A DNA stretch of 62,059 nt from Candidatus Latescibacterota bacterium (lineage in GTDB: Bacteria; Krumholzibacteriota; Krumholzibacteriia; WVZY01). The notes beneath the pieces were generated by a model. The model searched no databases and was not told the DNA's origin. It saw nothing but the letters and a program-made list of their open reading frames with translations. The translations under genes and the position numbers were made by a program. Shown in pieces: positions 56,489 through 62,059 of the stretch (position 1 is its first letter; each line of letters starts with the position of its first letter). The DNA is taken from contig CAWBQK010000012.1 in the NCBI GenBank assembly GCA_963791045.1, positions 1 to 62,059 of the forward strand, read 5' to 3'.

Positions 56489-59358
56489 TTATTTCAAAAG
56501 AAGCATCTTCTTTGTCATTACTTTCCCCTGGGTCGTGAGCCGGTAGAAATACATACCAGTGCTCACGCGGTTCCCCGACGAATTGCGGCCGTCCCAAACA
56601 ACATCGCTGACACCGGCCCCGAGCGTTTCGTTCACGAGTGTTGTGATCTGCTTCCCGCGCGCGTCATATACCACGAGTGACACATGGCCTCGATCGGGAA
56701 GAGAAATGAAATCCGCGTCGTGGGATTAAACGGGTTCGGGAAGTTTTGATTGAGAGAAAGCACGTACGACGTGCTCATCGCCGCTGCCATCGGGGAACGC
56801 ACCTCGGTACGATCTTCGAGAACAACCGTCAGGAAATATTCGTAGCCCGTCGCGGGCACCACCGTGTCGTCGACAAAGGTCCTCTGGTCGGGCTCTATAT
56901 ACGATGCGCCGTGAATCAACACTTCCTTCGAATCCCCGGTTTGACGTCTCGAGATTTTGAACCCACGGATGTTCTCATCCGCCCATATCTCCCATGCGAG
57001 TTCGATTCCCTCGCGCGTCGTCCGCGCGTCAAACGTCTGGATGAACACGGGAACAATGTCTTTTACGAGGAAAGCATCCTCGATGATCGACTCCTGCCCA
57101 TCGGGGTTTACTACGACAAAATCATAGGTACCCGTCGCAAGCCCGTTGAGATCGATGACGCCTCCAAGCCTCCCCCTGCCAAAATAATCGATAATAGACG
57201 CTGCGTAATCCGCTTGCGCCGCATCCCTGAGAAGAAATGAAGACCCGTGCACGAATCCAACACCGATCACGTCGGTTATAAAAACCTGGCGGTCGTTGTA
57301 CCCAAAATCGGGAGCAACGCTCAACGCGTACGGCGGGATCAAGCCGTCGCGGAGGTTCGCAGTCATCTGAGCACCCGGCGCGCTGATCCCATTGACAATC
57401 ACATTGGTCCGGATACCGTTGTGGCTCGCGCTTCTCGGAGTCGTCGCGTCGTTGAACATCGTATTTCCCGTACCCCCCGGAAATACGTCTCCCGCGTCCC
57501 CCCGATTCACCCCACCCAGGACCTCGTTCATCGCGTCCGCCTCGACAAGCATGACACCGCGCGTGGCTCCGTTACCGGTTCCACCTGTGTTCCCCAGCCC
57601 GCCATCCATCATCACGTAATCTTCGACGTGCCAAATGGCCAGCCCATTCGCGTGGAGCGACTGGTCGAACAGCGAACCGGAAGAATTCCGGTTTTCGACG
57701 AGATAGTATTCTTTTGTCGGATTGGCCTCAAAATCGTAGTACCAGCCACCGTCATCAATCTCGAAATCGGTGTAGTAGCTCTCCCCTCCGCCTGTCACAG
57801 AGAGGTTGTCGAACGCAAAAGGCCCCGCCGTACCGGAATTGAACTCCCCATCCTCATCCGAGTAGCCGAAATCCGATTCCAGCCTGGCAATCAGCTTGTA
57901 ACTCGACACACCGCTCCCGCTTAGATACGGAGTCAGATCGGCGGTCTCGTGCCCCACATTAAAGCCGTTATACTCAACAACGGTTGACGTCACGCCACCG
58001 ACTTCGATCAACATACTCGCGAAGTCGTAACCCGCCTCGGTATGATACGAGTAATCATATTCGAGCGTCACGGGCGTGGACGCGTCGTAAGAGAATTCAC
58101 GGCAAACCGATTCATTCCACGAGTTGCCATACCCGGCGCCACCAGACCATCCTCGCGCTCCGGCCTCGGCATCGGTCAACCCGCAGTGCATCTTGTAGGA
58201 ACTCAACATATATTTTCGGCAGAATTTCTGTTCCATTACATCGAGCTTGAATATTTCGGCCGTATTTTCGACGGCATCAATTGTATATGCTTGCGAAAAT
58301 GCGTCGACATCGGTCGGCATAACCCATCCCAGCTGAATCTTGGACCACGCGCTCATGTGCGATGGGTTGGGCGGCGTGTTCCAGTTGCCCGACCCCATAA
58401 GCCCCCAATGACCGATCCCGCTGCTCCCGCCGTTGGTATCATAAAGATCCGGAAGACCAAACGCGTGGCCGAATTCGTGACAGAAGACGCCAATCTCAAT
58501 AATGAAGTCGCCACAACCGTTGTCACCGGAGCCCAACGCGGGTTGAATCGTGTAATCCCATACCTTGATAAACCCGCCGTTTGCACTCGCGTCGTCTGTC
58601 ACCCAGGGCTGTTCGCCAAACTCGGGCCATCCGCCAACCACCCATCTGTGCGACCACAGATTCGACGTTCCGCATTCGCCCCCTCTTTCAGGGTGGACGA
58701 AGGCCACGAAATCGACGTACCCGTCATCGTCACCCGAATTTGGAACGCCGTCGGGGCCGTCGTTGTCATACAAGTCAAAATCGACACTCGGGTCCATCCC
58801 GACGAGGATCTCCTGGATGAACTGCCCGGTCTTCGCCGTCGGGCACAAGCCGTTGCAAAGCGCCTCATAGTACAGGTCGGTCTCGGACACCTGGAACCAA
58901 TCGTACACCGTGCCCGTGAGGTTGACATTGCCGTAAGACATCTCATCGTAAAGCGATGTCATCGACAGAGCCGGCGGAGGAGCGAAGAGTTTTGTCTGAA
59001 GGTCGCCGTGCGGATACGGCTCCGTAACCGTGTTCGAAAATTTACCGAGAAACACCGGAACGTTGACCGTGCCCGCCACCATAATCGATTGCCGTTGTGC
59101 CTCGGGAAGGGTGGTAAGACTCATCCCCGGCCGCCAGTCCCTTGCCATAAATTCTCGTCGCGCCTCCCTCGCACGCTCGGCCTTCTGAATCCATGCCCGT
59201 TGAAACTGGAATGCCGTTTTGTCCTGCGCGACCCTGTCGAAATATGCTTGTGGAAGCTCTACACCCGGTCGGGGAGATACGAGCTGAGAATGGGAGGGTG
59301 ACGGCACGACTAACACAACTAAAATGATCGCGAAGATCATCGCGACAACCCTGGTCAT
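56489..59358 (-). CDS. Secreted M6 (immune inhibitor A) family metalloprotease with FlgD-Ig/T9SS-like C-terminal domain; single frameshift at ~56705
   Basis: Signal peptide; 'HEFGHAFGLPDLY', 'WGLMGSG', 'EYYLVENR'. Adding one base to the A-run at 56704-56706 restores 'PNPFNPTTRISFSLPDRGHVSLVVYD...KKMLLLK'. Confidence 0.88.
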
Positions 59359-59632
59359 TGTGGTGACTCCTTGGTCAGGTGATTTATATTTTTTTTGGAT
59401 GATGTCATTGGTGGAAATACCAATTTTGCCCGCGTCAAAAAGCGTCCGGCGGTACCGGTACTTATTCCCGGACGCCGTAATTCGTGGGGATTTCCTGTGC
59501 GCAAATTTCCGTTCCTGGTAGGTTCTCTACTAATATAAACCAAGGAGGGACGGATTCCAAGACCTAGATCGCGACAAATCCACACCCGGCACAACATGAG
59601 AAGACCACCACACTATATTGTCGTTACACAAG

Positions 59633-62059
59633 TTACAAATCACTCGGCTTGAGAATCACACCTCGATTGCTACGCCCATTCATCTTCACGGTCATCGGCG
59701 TTTCGAACCTGATATGCCGCGAAAAGGAGCCGTCCTTGACACACTGCTGCCCGGCAAGCCAGTCCCAGTCGAGAAACTCGTTCCGCAAGCCCGAGTTCAC
59801 CGTAAAATATCCGATCTGGAACGAGATGAGGTTCTGGAAAAAGTGGGTTCCCTGCGATGGCGTCACACGAAAATCTTTGAAGCTCGTTTCAACCATCACA
59901 CGTGCGCCCGAAATCTGATCCCATGTCACGGGAATCCCGAGCCAGGGATCAGAAGAACCCCATCTGCCGACGCCGACCAATATGTACGGTGTCTCCGTCT
60001 CGGCGAGTTCCCGGTTGAACTGGCCGATTTCGGCGGCGACATTCACACTCGCCGACCTCTCGAAGCGATGGACGTCGACGTAAACGAGGTCTTTGATATC
60101 GTTGAGCACACCATCGCCCAACACCTGGGTACTGTGGCAGATCATCCTCTTCTCATCGTCCGCCTCGAAATTCAGATCTTCGCCCTCGTGGCTGATAACC
60201 ATCGGCCGCATCTGGAGAACGCTGAACTCCCGCGGTTCCCCATCGGGCACGGACAGGTTGGCGGCGAACTCGATTTCTATCGATGAACTCATTCCCCTCG
60301 TGCCGAATTTCTGCATCAACCGCAAAATGTCCGGAAGGGGAAAAGAGCCGTGTTTCAACATCGGGGCAAACGACACAAGCCGCACACCGTCCCGGGCCAT
60401 CCCGTCATAGACATGATGATTCTCCAGCGAATAGGTCGACACAAGCGGTGCGAGTGTCCCATCGGCCTCCGCAACATCCAGGTCGAGGCCGACGAGCTTG
60501 AACTCCTTGCGGTGATCCGACTCCGCATTGGGATCCGGAAGCTCGAGGGCATAAAACATTTTTTGTGAATTCTTCAACATCTCGTCGACGGCGTTGAACT
60601 GAATCGGATGCTGCGGATATTTCGGGGAGAATTTGAGAGACCGCCCGCCTTCCATCACGATATGCCCGAGCCCGAGCGCCACGAGGGCTATTCCGTCGGC
60701 CGATTTCATCGGACCAATTGGATAGTAGTTGTGCGAACTCAACACTCCCGAGAAATCGGGATAAAAGCGATCCCCGTGATGTGACCCGACAAGCTTCTGG
60801 ATCACAACGGCCATCTTTTCCTCTTCGAGCCGGTACGGCGTCGCACGAATATACGATTTGGCACAGTGGGAGAAGGTCGACGCGTACACCCGTTTGATCG
60901 CCGTCACGAGCTCTACCAGACGCGCTTCGAGGTTGTGATGATTGTTCGGAATCATGTAGCTCTTGTAAATTCCGGCGAACGGCTGGTACTGCGAATCCTC
61001 GAGCAAACTCGAGGAGCGGACGGTAAGCGGATACTCCACTCGTTCGAGGTACTCGCGGAGCGAACCCGTTGTTTCCTGGGGAAATTCTGCGTCGAGGAAG
61101 CGTTTTTCAACTTCCTCTTCATCGGTTCTTTTCAGCGCGACAACCCACAGGTCGTTTTCGTTGAGGAACTGGTCGTAAACGTCCGTTCCCACGACCACCG
61201 TCGGCGGCACCGATATCCTCACGCCGTCGAATCGACTATGGAGAAGGTATGTATAGATCATCGAGTTGACGAACGCCAACCCCCGTCCTTTTCCACCGAG
61301 GGAGCCGCCGCCGACCCGCGCGAAACTCGATGATGGATCGAAGGTCTGAGGATCAAAATCGACTACGCTGCCCTCGTGCTGGAAAGATCTGAGCTCATTG
61401 AGGCACTTGATCAGGTATTCGCGGATATCGCTAATCGTCGCGTAGTCCGACACCTTTTGCGGCCGAATCTTATAGGCGAGCAAAAACTCCGTACGCGCCT
61501 TGAGCCAGTTCGAAAAGTGATTCCGTTCCCCGTGATATTTGAGAGATTCGTCCGGAATCACGCTCAGCATCTTTTCGAGGCTTTTCAGATCGCTCGCCCG
61601 CCCCACTTCGGTTCCGTCAGGAAGTCTGAACACAAAATCACCAAAGCTGAAGTTCTGCTTCATGAAGTTCCGAAGATCGTATAGAAGCGTCGGCGAGTTC
61701 TTGAGGAGAAAGGACACACCGAGTTCGTCGGCGAGTTTTCTGTTTTTGGCGTCCTTCGACTGAAGAAGGATCGGAATATCCGCGTGCGACTTCTGAACTG
61801 CCTTTGCGAAAGCAACACCAGCCTCGGGGTCCGACACTCCACGCCTGGGAAACTGCATGTCGGAAATGACGCCGAGAACATGGTCGTGGTATTTCTCGAA
61901 ATACTCCCACGCTTCCTCGTATGTGCTGCACAGAAGGATCTTTGAGCGCGCTCTCTTTCGCAGCAGGCGATGCGCAGGGTTGACCCCCTCCGAAATAAGC
62001 CCCGCCGTGTGCCGCATAAGCTCGGTGTATACGATCGGAAGATAAGACGAGTAGAACCG
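59633..62059 (-). CDS. PEP/pyruvate-binding (PPDK_N) domain protein with receiver-like domain; 5' end outside the window
   Basis: 'VISDMQFP', 'GSLGGKGRGLAF', 'VRSSSLLED...FAGIY', 'EIEFA', 'LQMRP', 'SQGTHFFQNL'; frame stays open to the window edge. Confidence 0.85.
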   Translation of the reverse strand, partial: RFYSSYLPIVYTELMRHTAGLISEGVNPAHRLLRKRARSKILLCSTYEEAWEYFEKYHDHVLGVISDMQFPRRGVSDPEAGVAFAKAVQKSHADIPILLQSKDAKNRKLADELGVSFLLKNSPTLLYDLRNFMKQNFSFGDFVFRLPDGTEVGRASDLKSLEKMLSVIPDESLKYHGERNHFSNWLKARTEFLLAYKIRPQKVSDYATISDIREYLIKCLNELRSFQHEGSVVDFDPQTFDPSSSFARVGGGSLGGKGRGLAFVNSMIYTYLLHSRFDGVRISVPPTVVVGTDVYDQFLNENDLWVVALKRTDEEEVEKRFLDAEFPQETTGSLREYLERVEYPLTVRSSSLLEDSQYQPFAGIYKSYMIPNNHHNLEARLVELVTAIKRVYASTFSHCAKSYIRATPYRLEEEKMAVVIQKLVGSHHGDRFYPDFSGVLSSHNYYPIGPMKSADGIALVALGLGHIVMEGGRSLKFSPKYPQHPIQFNAVDEMLKNSQKMFYALELPDPNAESDHRKEFKLVGLDLDVAEADGTLAPLVSTYSLENHHVYDGMARDGVRLVSFAPMLKHGSFPLPDILRLMQKFGTRGMSSSIEIEFAANLSVPDGEPREFSVLQMRPMVISHEGEDLNFEADDEKRMICHSTQVLGDGVLNDIKDLVYVDVHRFERSASVNVAAEIGQFNRELAETETPYILVGVGRWGSSDPWLGIPVTWDQISGARVMVETSFKDFRVTPSQGTHFFQNLISFQIGYFTVNSGLRNEFLDWDWLAGQQCVKDGSFSRHIRFETPMTVKMNGRSNRGVILKPSDL

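Overview
Bacterial chromosomal window. The recurring YPNPFNP...KKMLLLK (FlgD-Ig/T9SS-type-A-like) C-terminal domains and TWGxIK tails suggest an FCB-related candidate phylum such as Krumholzibacteriota/Latescibacterota (inference, not a database result). Gene content in order: a SigW-like ECF sigma operon (sigma, DUF4097, zinc anti-sigma, bactofilin-like membrane protein, BamA/TamA-like); eno-ftsB and tRNA-fMet; a small accessory block (PRC-barrel, Pro-rich ORF, Crp/Fnr, MscS); an M81 peptidase-SSS transporter-heparinase II/III unit; an ankyrin-tetraheme cytochrome c fusion with DUF302; an S8 protease; a nine-gene heme operon (hemB-N-H-Y-E-L-A-C-D); a HAL-family lyase with Ala-Cys-Gly at the MIO site; a 10-kb cluster of six secreted proteins; serB; sppA; DDAH-kinase-kynU; PPi-PFK; an M6 protease; and a truncated PEP/pyruvate-binding-domain gene. 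No integrase, transposase, CRISPR array or rRNA was seen. Main leads: (1) the secreted-protein cluster combines cohesin-like and dockerin-like modules with two different C-terminal tags, including a TWG-K-I-K-x-x-Y tail, which suggests an undescribed surface-complex or sorting system; (2) a palindromic element family has three copies, one a ~300-nt strand-specific fold and one read in frame inside the S8 protease; (3) a GAAAC-N16-CGTAG ECF promoter precedes three units; (4) a compound TTGAC-N4-GTCAA operator is duplicated; (5) a ~510-nt promoter-to-terminator non-coding transcript is possible. Dense frameshifts in eno and at 40.5-43.1 kb look like assembly errors.
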